Below, in pieces: positions 1-8,702 of a stretch of DNA of 58,507 nt. Within the stretch, counting starts at the first letter, position 1. Each line of letters begins with the position of its first letter. Location of the stretch: NCBI GenBank assembly GCA_964531065.1, contig CAZHFP010000001.1, positions 8,165-66,671 on the forward strand, written 5' to 3'. The notes beneath the pieces are model-generated. The model ran no database searches and was not told the DNA's origin. It was given only the letters and a program-made list of their open reading frames with translations. This DNA comes from an uncultured bacterium (GTDB lineage Bacteria; Oederibacteriota; Muellerivitia; Muellerivitales; Muellerivitaceae). The position numbers and the translations under genes were made by a program.

Positions 1-909
1 TGGAAAGAAGGGCACTTGGCGGTGGTCCACTCGGCTGGTTCCCCCGACAGCAGCCGCTCCCACTTTGACGCGCAGGATTATATGGAAACGGGAACTCCGG
101 GGGTGAAGGGAACGGCCGACGGCTGGCTGAACCGTACGGTCGCTTCTTTTCCCAAGGCTGGTTCGGATCCCCTGGCGGCCCTGGCCATTTCCGCCAGGCC
201 TCCTCGAATTCTCCGGGGCGATATCCCGGTGACCTCCATGACCAGCCTGAAGGATTACACCTTTTCTCAGGGAACCGAAGCCGCTAAAACGTTTGAGGAT
301 ATGTATTCTCAGGCCAACGGGTTGCTGGGGAAGGCGGGAATCGCCACGGCGGATTCCATCAAAAAACTTCAATCGCTTTTGTCCACGGGTTCGGACCCAT
401 CCTACGTGGGATATGGCAATGGTACTTTGGGACACGCTCTTTCGGACCTGGCTTCCATTTTAAAGTCCGGCGCGGAAGTCAAAGTGGCTTTCGTGGATAT
501 CGGCGGGTGGGACCATCACACGGGTGAGAGCTATCGGCTGGGTTCACTGCTTGAGGATTGGGGCAAGGGTCTTTCCGCTTTTTGGAAAGACCTGGGCGAC
601 AAGGCCCGGGATGTGGTGGTGATTTCCATGACCGAGTTTGGCCGTACGGTCGCTGAGAACGGCGCCCAAGGCACGGACCACGGCCACGGCGGCGTCATGT
701 TTATGTTGGGCGGGCCCGTCAAGGGCGGCAAGGTCTATGGCAAGTGGGATGGGCTTGAGAGGGAAAATCTCAATGAAGGCCGAGACCTGCCGGTGAACAC
801 TGATTTCCGCCAAGTCATTTGCGAGGCATTGGGGAAGCATCTTGGCGTGAAAAATGAGTCGGCGATTTTCCCGGGCTTCCAGCCAGGTTCCGCTTTAGGG
901 TGGATTTAA
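1..909 (+). CDS. DUF1501-family (sulfatase-like) protein, 5'-truncated by window edge
   Basis: Frame is open from nt 1. Motifs HSAGSPDSSRSHFDAQDYMETG and TEFGRTVAENGAQGTDHGHGG match the DUF1501 signature (SHF...GRT..N..G.DH). Confidence 0.8.
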   Translation, partial: WKEGHLAVVHSAGSPDSSRSHFDAQDYMETGTPGVKGTADGWLNRTVASFPKAGSDPLAALAISARPPRILRGDIPVTSMTSLKDYTFSQGTEAAKTFEDMYSQANGLLGKAGIATADSIKKLQSLLSTGSDPSYVGYGNGTLGHALSDLASILKSGAEVKVAFVDIGGWDHHTGESYRLGSLLEDWGKGLSAFWKDLGDKARDVVVISMTEFGRTVAENGAQGTDHGHGGVMFMLGGPVKGGKVYGKWDGLERENLNEGRDLPVNTDFRQVICEALGKHLGVKNESAIFPGFQPGSALGWI

Positions 910-938
910 GCTTACTAGTTTAATAATAAGGGCGGAGC

Positions 939-1508
939 ATGAAAACCTTAATTACAGTCATCACATTGTTTTTGACATGCCATTGTTTCGGAAACGATTC
1001 AATGGACGCGGGTAAAAATTTAAAATGCGGTCAGTGTTATGTTGATCCTGTGTCGTTGGGTGATTTTAAAATTCAAAATATTATTTATCGACATGGGGTC
1101 GCATTTAAAAATGGGAAAGCCATATATATTGACGCGGCCAAAATGAAAGGGGCGGACGTTTTTCTTTCGTCGGAAGAAAGAAAAGAAAGAAATCACGGAG
1201 TGCTGAAAAACTCGATTCTTGCTTTTCTTGATCAGAATTCGTTGTGGGTTTATGACTCGACAAAAAAAGATCCCTATTTTCAAATTGTTGAATCGAAACG
1301 AGAGTATTGCGTGAAAATAGAAAAATATAAAATGTATTTAAGGAGTGAGAAAAGTAATTGGGAGCCGGTCTCTTTGGAGTACTTAGGGAATTTAAAAAAA
1401 ACGGATATGCGCAGAGAAGAGGATGAGCTTAACTCTTGTATGTTATTGGAAATAAAAACGAAGTGGTTTAGTGGGGTGTATGAAGTTTGGAGTGACGAAG
1501 ACAATTAA
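939..1508 (+). CDS. Hypothetical secreted or lipoprotein-like protein in an AT-rich island
   Basis: 189-aa ORF with an N-terminal hydrophobic signal-like segment (MKTLITVITLFLTCHCFG). It is visibly AT-rich compared with its neighbours. I recognise no family motif. Confidence 0.45.
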   Translation: MKTLITVITLFLTCHCFGNDSMDAGKNLKCGQCYVDPVSLGDFKIQNIIYRHGVAFKNGKAIYIDAAKMKGADVFLSSEERKERNHGVLKNSILAFLDQNSLWVYDSTKKDPYFQIVESKREYCVKIEKYKMYLRSEKSNWEPVSLEYLGNLKKTDMRREEDELNSCMLLEIKTKWFSGVYEVWSDEDN

Positions 1509-1779
1509 TTATTGATGCAATTGAAGTGAACAAAGCGGCCTGACCTGAAAGGGATGATTTGGGAACTGATCGATTGGTTCAAATGTCCAGTGAGCGCAAG
1601 CGGGCGAAGATTAAGTATTAATCAATTGGGTTGAACAGTACAGCCCGTGAAAGCACCCCGGTTTCAGGTTCAACTGAAACTTCAGAGAAAAGTTCAAAAA
1701 AGTTACCGACAAATCCCAAGACCATTTCTAAATGTGTTAAATTTACCGGGTAAATCCACGTCTTTGAAATGGACTGGCT

Positions 1780-4700
1780 TTGAAATTGATCCCCGACCAA
1801 CTCACCAGAATTAAAAGTCTCCCGTCCTCATATCAATTTTCGTTCCTGGCCCTGTTGGCTTTCTTCTTTACTATATGCACTCTTCCAGCTTTCGCCGCTA
1901 CCGCTATCCCCGCCCAGGCCTGGAGCCGGGATATTAATGCCGGGGGCTACACGGACGGCGCCCCTTTGGGGGGCTTTGGAGCGGGAACGGTTACCCGTAA
2001 TTTTGCGGGGGACTTCTACCTGAGCCGGCTGAATATCGCCGCCATGCCTACCACCTGGACTAACAATAATCCCTACACCATCGACAACAACTGTCATTTC
2101 TATATGTACCAGAAACCCTCGGGGCAGGCGGCCGTTACTTACCGCCTGAATGCGGCGGCTTTGGGGTCGGGACAAGCCAACTACTACTCGCTTTTTCCAA
2201 AATCCTGGGTGGACTATTACGGGTCGGACTTTCCCTGCAAGGCCCGGGTCACCCAGTTCACTCCCTTGATCCCCGGCGATTACACCCGAAGCAGTTATCC
2301 TGATGGAATTTTTGAATGGGATCTTTCCAACAACACCTGCCTCGCCACCGATGTGGCCGTCATGCTGACCTGGGATAACACCTTTGGCGGCGCCAACGCT
2401 GCGGTGAGTGTTTCGGGAAGCAATACCGGGCTGGTCTTGACCAGGAGCGGCGCCAGCGCCACCAGTAAGACCCAAGGCGAGTTCACCCTGGCCTGCGCCT
2501 CGAGTTCCGGCGTCACCGTCACCTATCAATCGGCTGCCAGCGTGACGACATTAGAAACATCTTTCGGCGGCGCTGGGCTCCTGGGTAATAGCGTAGGCGC
2601 CAACACGATTGGCGGCATTGCCTTCAAGGTGACTCTGGCTCCGGGCCAATCGGTGAAGATTCCCATTGTCCTATCCTGGGATATCCCGCTGGCACAGCCG
2701 GGAACAGGTGCCCAATGGTACCGGGAGTACACCCGCACCTACGGCAAGACTGGGTTAAATTCTTTTTCCATCGCAAACGACGCCCTGGCCAATTACGCGT
2801 CTTGGGAAAATTCCATCGACAACTGGCAGGGGGGCATCCTGAGCGGTCCTTACCCCGATTGGTTCAAGCAAATGATTTTCAACGAACTTTATTACTACGT
2901 CATCGGGGGAACCCTTTGGGAAGCGGGCCAGTATGGGTCCACCCAATTTGACGCGGGCCCGGATATGTTCACGAGCTTGGAATCCTACGTTTATTCCTTC
3001 TACGGCACCTCCGATGTTCGCTTTTACAGCTCTTGGGCCCTGGCCATGAATTGGCCCAACATCGACAAGCAGGAGGTGGAACAATTCTGCGACAGCGTGA
3101 CCGTCAACGGCGCCCAGGCTTTGCCCAGACCCGTTGCCATCGGAACTTGCGCCCATGATTTTGGAAGTTTGAACGATGTCTTCACCCATTGGAATGATTA
3201 CACCTACCGGGATTCCACTACATGGAAGGACCTGAATTCCAAATTAGTTTTGATGATTTATCGGGACTGGGAACTGACAGGAAAAAGCGACAGCACCTTC
3301 CTGAACTACTGCTGGCCCGCGGTGCAATTGGCCATGGCCAAGGTCCAGAGTGAATGTGTTTCCGCCGGGGTTACTTATAACCTGCCCATCTCCAGCGGTA
3401 TCGACCAAACTTACGATGACCTGGGATTGACGGGTGAAACCGCCTATTGCGGAAGCCTCTATCTGGCGGCCTGTGAGGCGGCTAAGGCCATGGCCACGCA
3501 GGAAGGCAATGCCGCGTTATCCACAACCTACAATTCATGGCTGACCCTGGGTCAATCCGATTTCGAAGGCAACCTCTGGAACGCAACGGGGAATTATTAC
3601 AATATCGACACGGGAAGCGGAGCGGGCGGCGTGACGGGAGTGGCGCGCATTATGAGCGACCAGCTTTGCGGACAATGGTACGCCAAGGCCTGCGGGCTGG
3701 CTGATGTGGTGCCGGCGGCGCATGCCGTCAGCGCTTGGCAGACGGTGGCCGATAACAACTGGGCGAAGTTTGACGCCGGAGCCCATGGCGTGGTGAATGT
3801 CATGACTTCGGCGGGAAACATCGACACCAGCACCCCTCAAAGTCAGGAGGCCTGGGTGGGAACCACCTGGGGAGCGGTGGCGGGAATGGTCCAGCAGGGA
3901 ATGTTCACCCAGGGGGTCTCGGTCGGGAACAGCCTCTACAACAGCATCTGGAACCTGGGTCAAATGTGGTTTCGGACGCCTGAAGCCTGGCGGACCGGGT
4001 TGGGAAGCATTCGCGCGCCTTACTATATGAGGGCCAACGCCATCTGGGCGGTCAAGCACGCCTATGACGTGACGTCCCCTTGCGGCATTTACACCTGCAC
4101 CCCAATTCCCACCAACACGCCGACCCGGACCCCTACCCTGAATTGTCCCGCCACCTCAACGGCCACCTTCACGGCCACACCCACTAAAACTTTTAGCCCA
4201 ACTTCAACCCAAACCTTGGCAGGAACCTTTACCGCGACGGCCACTCCCACTCGATCCGCCACGCCCACAATTACTTTTACACGAACCCCGACTTCTACCT
4301 TCGCCATGACGGCGACTTTTTCTTCAACCCCCAGCGCCACCATGACAAATACCCCGACCCGGACGGCCACGAATAGCCCTACCGCGACGGCGACTCCCAC
4401 TCGATCCGTCACGCCCGCATTTACTTTTACGCGAACCCCGACTTTAACCTTCACCGTGACGGCGACTTTTTCTTCAATACCCAGCGCCACCGTGACCAAG
4501 ACCCCGACCCGGACGGCCACGAATAGCCCCACCGTAACTGTATCTTCAACCGCATCCTTAACCTTTACGAGAACCTCTACCGCAACCTTCAGCCGGACTC
4601 CGACGCCAACCGTGACCCCTAGTTCGACACCAACGGCTACTTATACGCCCACGGTTTCCTCCACCCTGTCTTTTACTTCCACCCGAACCCCGACGGCGGC

Positions 4701-5571
4701 TAACACGATGACCTTTACCTTCTCCTCAACTTCCACGGCCACGCGCACCAACAGTCCTACCCCAACCTTGACGAACAGCCCCACCCCAACCGCTACTTCC
4801 TCATCCAGCAATACACCCATCTCAACTTCAACCGCGACTTCGACAAAATCCGATACTCCCAGCAGTACCTTGACGAATTCCCCGACTGTCACCTCGACAT
4901 CAACTCTATCGGCCACGCCCACCGCCACGGATTCATCCACGAAGACCAATACTTCAAGCTCGACCCCCACCTTAACTTCCACGGCCTCGGCGACGCCGAC
5001 TTGGACCTTCACCGCGACTTTCTCGAATACTTCAACGAGGACTCTGACCGCCACCTCAACTTTCACCAGAACCTTTACGGCCACGGCAACGAATAGTTTT
5101 ACCTCAACGAACTCCGCCACTTCGACTCCAACCTTCTCGAACAGTCCGACGGCAACATTCTCTTTCACCTCGACGCCTTCTCCAACCTTCACGCCCACCT
5201 TTTCGTCGACGCCGACCTTCAGCCCCTCTCCGACAGCCTCAAACAGTCCAACTCCTTCTTTCACTGCCACACCCGTTATTACTTTGGTCGTGATCTCGCC
5301 GCCCTATCCCAACCCGTCCCATGGAACCGCTCCTGTTACGGTGGAAATTAAAACCCCGGGAACAGCGGAAATCCATTGGTCGGTCTTTACCGCGGCCTTC
5401 CGTAAAATCAGGGAAGGGAAGACGATCGTCACGGGCGCTGGGTCGATTGTTTGGGACCTGAAGGATAAAGCGGGCGCGCCCGCTGCCCTCGGCTTGTATT
5501 ACCTAAGGGTGGAAGTGAAGGGGAATACCGGGACCACCCGGAAGATCCTAAAAATACTTATCCGGCCCTGA
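1780..5571 (+). CDS. Secreted GH116 / GBA2-type beta-glucosidase (glucosylceramidase-like) with a long Thr/Pro/Ser stalk and a C-terminal FlgD-Ig-like (CTD-like) domain
   Basis: Signal-like N-terminus. GGFGAGTV, SLFPKSWVDYY, FNELYYYVIGGTLWE and YGTSDVRFYSSWALAMNWPNI resemble the GBA2 N-terminal and DUF608 catalytic domains. A ~390-aa T/P/S low-complexity stretch follows. The last ~95 aa (YPNPS...LYYLRVEV) resemble an FlgD-Ig / secretion-tail beta-sandwich. TTG start is uncertain. Confidence 0.8.
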   Translation: MKLIPDQLTRIKSLPSSYQFSFLALLAFFFTICTLPAFAATAIPAQAWSRDINAGGYTDGAPLGGFGAGTVTRNFAGDFYLSRLNIAAMPTTWTNNNPYTIDNNCHFYMYQKPSGQAAVTYRLNAAALGSGQANYYSLFPKSWVDYYGSDFPCKARVTQFTPLIPGDYTRSSYPDGIFEWDLSNNTCLATDVAVMLTWDNTFGGANAAVSVSGSNTGLVLTRSGASATSKTQGEFTLACASSSGVTVTYQSAASVTTLETSFGGAGLLGNSVGANTIGGIAFKVTLAPGQSVKIPIVLSWDIPLAQPGTGAQWYREYTRTYGKTGLNSFSIANDALANYASWENSIDNWQGGILSGPYPDWFKQMIFNELYYYVIGGTLWEAGQYGSTQFDAGPDMFTSLESYVYSFYGTSDVRFYSSWALAMNWPNIDKQEVEQFCDSVTVNGAQALPRPVAIGTCAHDFGSLNDVFTHWNDYTYRDSTTWKDLNSKLVLMIYRDWELTGKSDSTFLNYCWPAVQLAMAKVQSECVSAGVTYNLPISSGIDQTYDDLGLTGETAYCGSLYLAACEAAKAMATQEGNAALSTTYNSWLTLGQSDFEGNLWNATGNYYNIDTGSGAGGVTGVARIMSDQLCGQWYAKACGLADVVPAAHAVSAWQTVADNNWAKFDAGAHGVVNVMTSAGNIDTSTPQSQEAWVGTTWGAVAGMVQQGMFTQGVSVGNSLYNSIWNLGQMWFRTPEAWRTGLGSIRAPYYMRANAIWAVKHAYDVTSPCGIYTCTPIPTNTPTRTPTLNCPATSTATFTATPTKTFSPTSTQTLAGTFTATATPTRSATPTITFTRTPTSTFAMTATFSSTPSATMTNTPTRTATNSPTATATPTRSVTPAFTFTRTPTLTFTVTATFSSIPSATVTKTPTRTATNSPTVTVSSTASLTFTRTSTATFSRTPTPTVTPSSTPTATYTPTVSSTLSFTSTRTPTAANTMTFTFSSTSTATRTNSPTPTLTNSPTPTATSSSSNTPISTSTATSTKSDTPSSTLTNSPTVTSTSTLSATPTATDSSTKTNTSSSTPTLTSTASATPTWTFTATFSNTSTRTLTATSTFTRTFTATATNSFTSTNSATSTPTFSNSPTATFSFTSTPSPTFTPTFSSTPTFSPSPTASNSPTPSFTATPVITLVVISPPYPNPSHGTAPVTVEIKTPGTAEIHWSVFTAAFRKIREGKTIVTGAGSIVWDLKDKAGAPAALGLYYLRVEVKGNTGTTRKILKILIRP
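4097..5275 (+). repeat. Coding low-complexity Thr/Pro/Ser-rich stalk region inside the GH116 gene
   Basis: The translation is almost entirely T, P, S, A and F (TPTRTPT, TFTRTPT, SPTPT motifs). Confidence 0.9.
4231..4530 (+). repeat. Tandem duplication, 2 x 150 bp (50-aa unit), within the stalk
   Basis: 4231-4380 and 4381-4530 align base for base (accgcgacgg.cactcccactcgatccg...gaatagccc) with only scattered substitutions. Confidence 0.9.
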
Positions 5572-5588
5572 ACCGTGGATAAAACCTA

Positions 5589-5709
5589 TTGAACCACCAA
5601 GGTCACCAAGTTCACCAAGAAAAGCCAAACCCAAATGCTTTCAATTTAATCTTAGATTCAATTCTTATAATAAGCCGTTCTTGGTGCCTTTGGTGACCTT
5701 GGTGGTTAA
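5589..5709. repeat. Palindromic REP/MITE-like intergenic element, copy 1
   Basis: Left arm is TTGAACCACCAAGGTCACCAAGTTCACCAAGA. Right arm is TCTTGGTGCCTTTGGTGACCTTGGTGGTTAA. They form an imperfect ~30-nt inverted repeat around a ~58-nt AT-rich core. Each arm holds three CACCAAG heptamers at ~9-bp spacing. A second copy lies at 51006-51121. Confidence 0.85.
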
Positions 5710-5757
5710 CAGCCGTTATTTGTTTCTTGTCCGGAAATTCTTCCGGTTTTCGATATA

Positions 5758-6780
5758 ATGCCACCCATGAAAAAGATCGCCCCTCTTCGCATCGGAATCA
5801 TCGGCCTAGGCCAAATCGCCGTTCGCGCCCATTTACCCGGCTACAGCAAAACGGAAAATTGCCAGGTGACGGCCCTCTATTCCTCCCGAGAGGCCTACGC
5901 CAAACAGGTCGCCACCCAATATGGCGTGCCCCATATCTATAAAGACTGGCGCCGGTTGCTCGAATCGGACCAGGTCGACGCTGTTTCCATCTGCACTCCC
6001 AACTTCACCCACATGCCTATCGCCCTGAAGGCTTTCCAGGAAGGGAAGCACGTGATGCTGGAAAAACCCATGGCCTTGAATCCGAGCGAGGGTCAAAAAA
6101 TTATTCAAGCCGCCAAGAAAAGCGGAAGAACCTTGATGATTCATCACAACATGCGTTTTGACCCGGCGGTCCGGTCCGCGGAAAAACTGATTCGTAAAAA
6201 AATAATCGGGGATATTTTCGCTTTCAAATGCTCGCTGACCCACCTGGGCCCCCAGGCCTGGAGTCCGAAAGCCAAGTGGTTTTTCAACAAAAAAGAGACG
6301 GGCGGCGGCGCCCTGATGGACCTGGGTCCCCACGTTTTTGACAGCTTAAGATTTCTGCTCAATGACGACGCGCTCTTGGCGGGCGCCGTAGCGGCTCAGG
6401 GGGCGGGCACTTCCTCAAAACAAGGAGAAATCCACTGCAACTGCCTTTTGAAATTTAAAAAAGGCGCGGTAGGATCCGTGACAGTGGGTTGGGCGGATAC
6501 GGTTTACCAGAACCGGTTTTATTTCTACGGCACCAAGGGTTCGCTTTATTTAAATTTGGCCAAAGGTGATCCTATTACGGTGGAATACCGGAGCGAGCCG
6601 GGTAAGGTGTTTCCTCCCTTGGCGAAAGACAGTTTTTATCCCTCCATCTACGAGCATTTCGTCCATTGTGTCCAACACCACAAAGTTCCCTGGGTTTCGG
6701 GCGAGGAAGGTTTGAAGGCCCTGGAGCTAATCGAGGCTGGTTACCGGTTTATCCAGCATGCCGATTCTGCGGCGATTTAA
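5758..6780 (+). CDS. Gfo/Idh/MocA-family NAD(P)-dependent oxidoreductase
   Basis: N-terminal Rossmann motif LRIGIIGLGQIA, then EKPMAL and the typical C-terminal alpha/beta domain; 340 aa. Confidence 0.85.
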   Translation: MPPMKKIAPLRIGIIGLGQIAVRAHLPGYSKTENCQVTALYSSREAYAKQVATQYGVPHIYKDWRRLLESDQVDAVSICTPNFTHMPIALKAFQEGKHVMLEKPMALNPSEGQKIIQAAKKSGRTLMIHHNMRFDPAVRSAEKLIRKKIIGDIFAFKCSLTHLGPQAWSPKAKWFFNKKETGGGALMDLGPHVFDSLRFLLNDDALLAGAVAAQGAGTSSKQGEIHCNCLLKFKKGAVGSVTVGWADTVYQNRFYFYGTKGSLYLNLAKGDPITVEYRSEPGKVFPPLAKDSFYPSIYEHFVHCVQHHKVPWVSGEEGLKALELIEAGYRFIQHADSAAI

Positions 6781-8143
6781 TGACAGGGACTGCCTCCGGA
6801 CTTGGGTCCGGCGTTGGAAGCTGTTGTGGGTTTTTAGCTTAGTCGCAGGTTGTTGGCTGGGTAGGGCATATGCCTCCGATTGCCCCCATTGCCCGGCCCC
6901 GGGGGCGATGGACCCCGAAGCCCAGGCGGAAGTCCTCCAACAGGCCGATGATATTTTCAAGGAAGTTTCCCGCTTAAGAGGCCTGCCGATCAAAAACCCC
7001 GTGGCCAAGAAGTTCGCGGATAAGGCCTTTTTCAGGGAATATTATTCCCGCCTTCTGAACGAACAGTATCCTCCCGAGAAAAAAAGAGCCGCGGAAAAAG
7101 CTTACGCCCTCTTGGGTTTCCTTCCGGGCGGCACCGACCTGATTCAAACCTACCTCGATTCTTTCTTGAGCGTGGCCCAGGGCCTTTATGATCCTGAGTC
7201 CAAAACCCTTTATATCGCCGATTGGATTGACCCGGATAAACTGGAGGGAACCTTGGCCCATGAACTGGACCACGCCCTCCAGGATCAGTATTTTGATTTG
7301 GGAGATTTTCTTAAGAAGGGACAAGACCTTTCTATGGACGCTCAATTCGCCCGGACGAGTGTGATGGAAGGGGAGGCCGCGGCTATCGCCTTGAATTACT
7401 CCTTAGAGGACAAGGGTTCGGATTTCACTCAATTGGTGAATATCGCCGATTGGGTCCGTCAGACTAACCTGATGGAAGAGGCGGGTCAAAAGGCCTTCGG
7501 ACGAAAAGCGGTCTTGAACGAAGCGATCAATTTTCCCTATGTTTATGGTTCCGCTTTTCTTCAAAAGTACATCAAGATTTTCGGCTGGAACGGGATGGAG
7601 AGCCTTTTTCAGCGGCCGCCGACCAGCACCCATCAGATCATGCATCCTGAGGTTTTTTTCCCCCGGCGCGAGAAAACCACCAAAGTTTCCATCGATGATC
7701 TTTCAAAGGATGTTTTAAAAGACTATGCGCTGATTTGGGAAAACACTTTGGGGGAATACGGCTTATCCCTGCTTTTGCGCCAATTCGTTCCGGGGCCAGA
7801 GGCTTTTCGATCGGTGAGGGGATGGCGGGGCGACCGAATTCAGGTTTATGAAACGAAAGACCGGCGCCGTTCCGCTCTTGTCGGTTATATGGTTTTCGCC
7901 GACGCGGGTTCGGCGGAGGATTTTTTTGAAAGCTATCAAACTCTCTTGAGAGGCAAATATAAGATGGAAGGGATTCGGCGTTTGGACGACACCATTTACT
8001 GGTCGATATTGGAAGGGGGCGAGATGGAAGCCTATCTGGAGCGGTTCGGCAAGCGGGTGATTTTTATGGAAGGAACCCGTCCTTCTGACACATCGAAGGT
8101 CCGCGCGGCCCTTTGGAACGTGATTCCAGCGAAAGCAAAGTAA
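6758..8143 (+). CDS. Putative secreted zinc metalloprotease-like protein (HExxH)
   Basis: Signal-like N-terminus (WKLLWVFSLVAGCWLGRAYA) and an HELDH motif in LAHELDHALQDQ. It overlaps the upstream gene by 23 nt. Family not assigned. Confidence 0.5.
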   Translation: MPILRRFNDRDCLRTWVRRWKLLWVFSLVAGCWLGRAYASDCPHCPAPGAMDPEAQAEVLQQADDIFKEVSRLRGLPIKNPVAKKFADKAFFREYYSRLLNEQYPPEKKRAAEKAYALLGFLPGGTDLIQTYLDSFLSVAQGLYDPESKTLYIADWIDPDKLEGTLAHELDHALQDQYFDLGDFLKKGQDLSMDAQFARTSVMEGEAAAIALNYSLEDKGSDFTQLVNIADWVRQTNLMEEAGQKAFGRKAVLNEAINFPYVYGSAFLQKYIKIFGWNGMESLFQRPPTSTHQIMHPEVFFPRREKTTKVSIDDLSKDVLKDYALIWENTLGEYGLSLLLRQFVPGPEAFRSVRGWRGDRIQVYETKDRRRSALVGYMVFADAGSAEDFFESYQTLLRGKYKMEGIRRLDDTIYWSILEGGEMEAYLERFGKRVIFMEGTRPSDTSKVRAALWNVIPAKAK

Positions 8144-8151
8144 CGGCCGCT

Positions 8152-8266
8152 GTCCGTCCCACGCGCTCCGCTCTCCGCGTGACCACCTTTAGGATCACTC
8201 CTCAAGCTTTTGGGTTGGTCATGAGTTTTGCGGTGGACGGAGGGCGTGGGGCGGACATCGGTTTTT
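8152..8266 (+). terminator. Long imperfect hairpin followed by a T5 run (candidate intrinsic terminator or structured RNA)
   Basis: 8152-8170 (gtccgtcccacgcgctccg) pairs with 8238-8256 (cggagggcgtggggcggac): 17 Watson-Crick pairs, 1 G-U and 1 mismatch. An inner helix is gtgaccacc/ggttggtca. TTTTT lies at 8262-8266. Confidence 0.4.
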
Positions 8267-8372
8267 ACCTCCTTGACACTCCATGGGGCGAAACCTACAC
8301 TTAAACAAGAATTAAGAAAGACATGCAACTTTTAACCTCATTGAGGTTTATTTAATGGTACGGAGGCAGAAA

Positions 8373-8702
8373 ATGGGAGCGGCATTACATACAACTGACG
8401 CGGATTTTAAGAAAGATGTCCTGGATTCCAAGGTCCCGGTTTTGGTGGACTTTTGGGCCGAATGGTGCGGCCCTTGCAAAATGGTGGCGCCTGTTTTGGA
8501 CGAGCTGGCGAAGGAATACGAAGGAAAGATCAAGATCGCCAAGGTGAATGTGGACGAGAATCAGCAAGTTTCCATGGAGTTCCACATCCGCAGTATTCCG
8601 ACGCTTTTGTTTTTCAAAAACGGCCAGATGGTTAAGCAGATGGTCGGCGCTCACCCTAAGGCGAAACTAGTTACGGAGATCCAGGAAGTCATTGGGGGTT
8701 AA
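8373..8702 (+). CDS. trxA: Thioredoxin
   Basis: WAEWCGPCK active site and typical length. A GGAGG RBS lies 6 nt upstream of the ATG at 8373. The ORF-track start at 8355 is probably an over-extension. Confidence 0.9.
   Translation: MGAALHTTDADFKKDVLDSKVPVLVDFWAEWCGPCKMVAPVLDELAKEYEGKIKIAKVNVDENQQVSMEFHIRSIPTLLFFKNGQMVKQMVGAHPKAKLVTEIQEVIGG

Noticed and set aside
1565-1600. GGTTCAAAT sequence resembling a tRNA T-loop in the AT-rich gap.
   Set aside because: The flanking bases do not form a T-stem, and no acceptor, D or anticodon arms can be drawn. It is not a tRNA.
1828-2529. Minus-strand 233-aa ORF, plus similar long antisense ORFs at 10617-11243, 12152-12754, 23539-24282, 34939-35565 and 28486-29022.
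   Set aside because: Each lies antisense to a + strand gene with clear family motifs (GH116, secD/secF, yggS, fliH/fliI, flhA, fliM). Their translations are Arg/Gly/Pro-rich with no recognisable domains, which is typical of spurious antisense frames in moderately GC-rich DNA.
4089-5270. Long minus-strand ORFs (4089-4532 and 4641-5270) encoding Val/Gly/Lys/Glu-rich proteins.
   Set aside because: They are the antisense reading of the Thr/Pro/Ser low-complexity stalk (ACN/CCN codons read as NGT/NGG). They have no start context and no motifs, and lie wholly inside a well-supported + strand gene.
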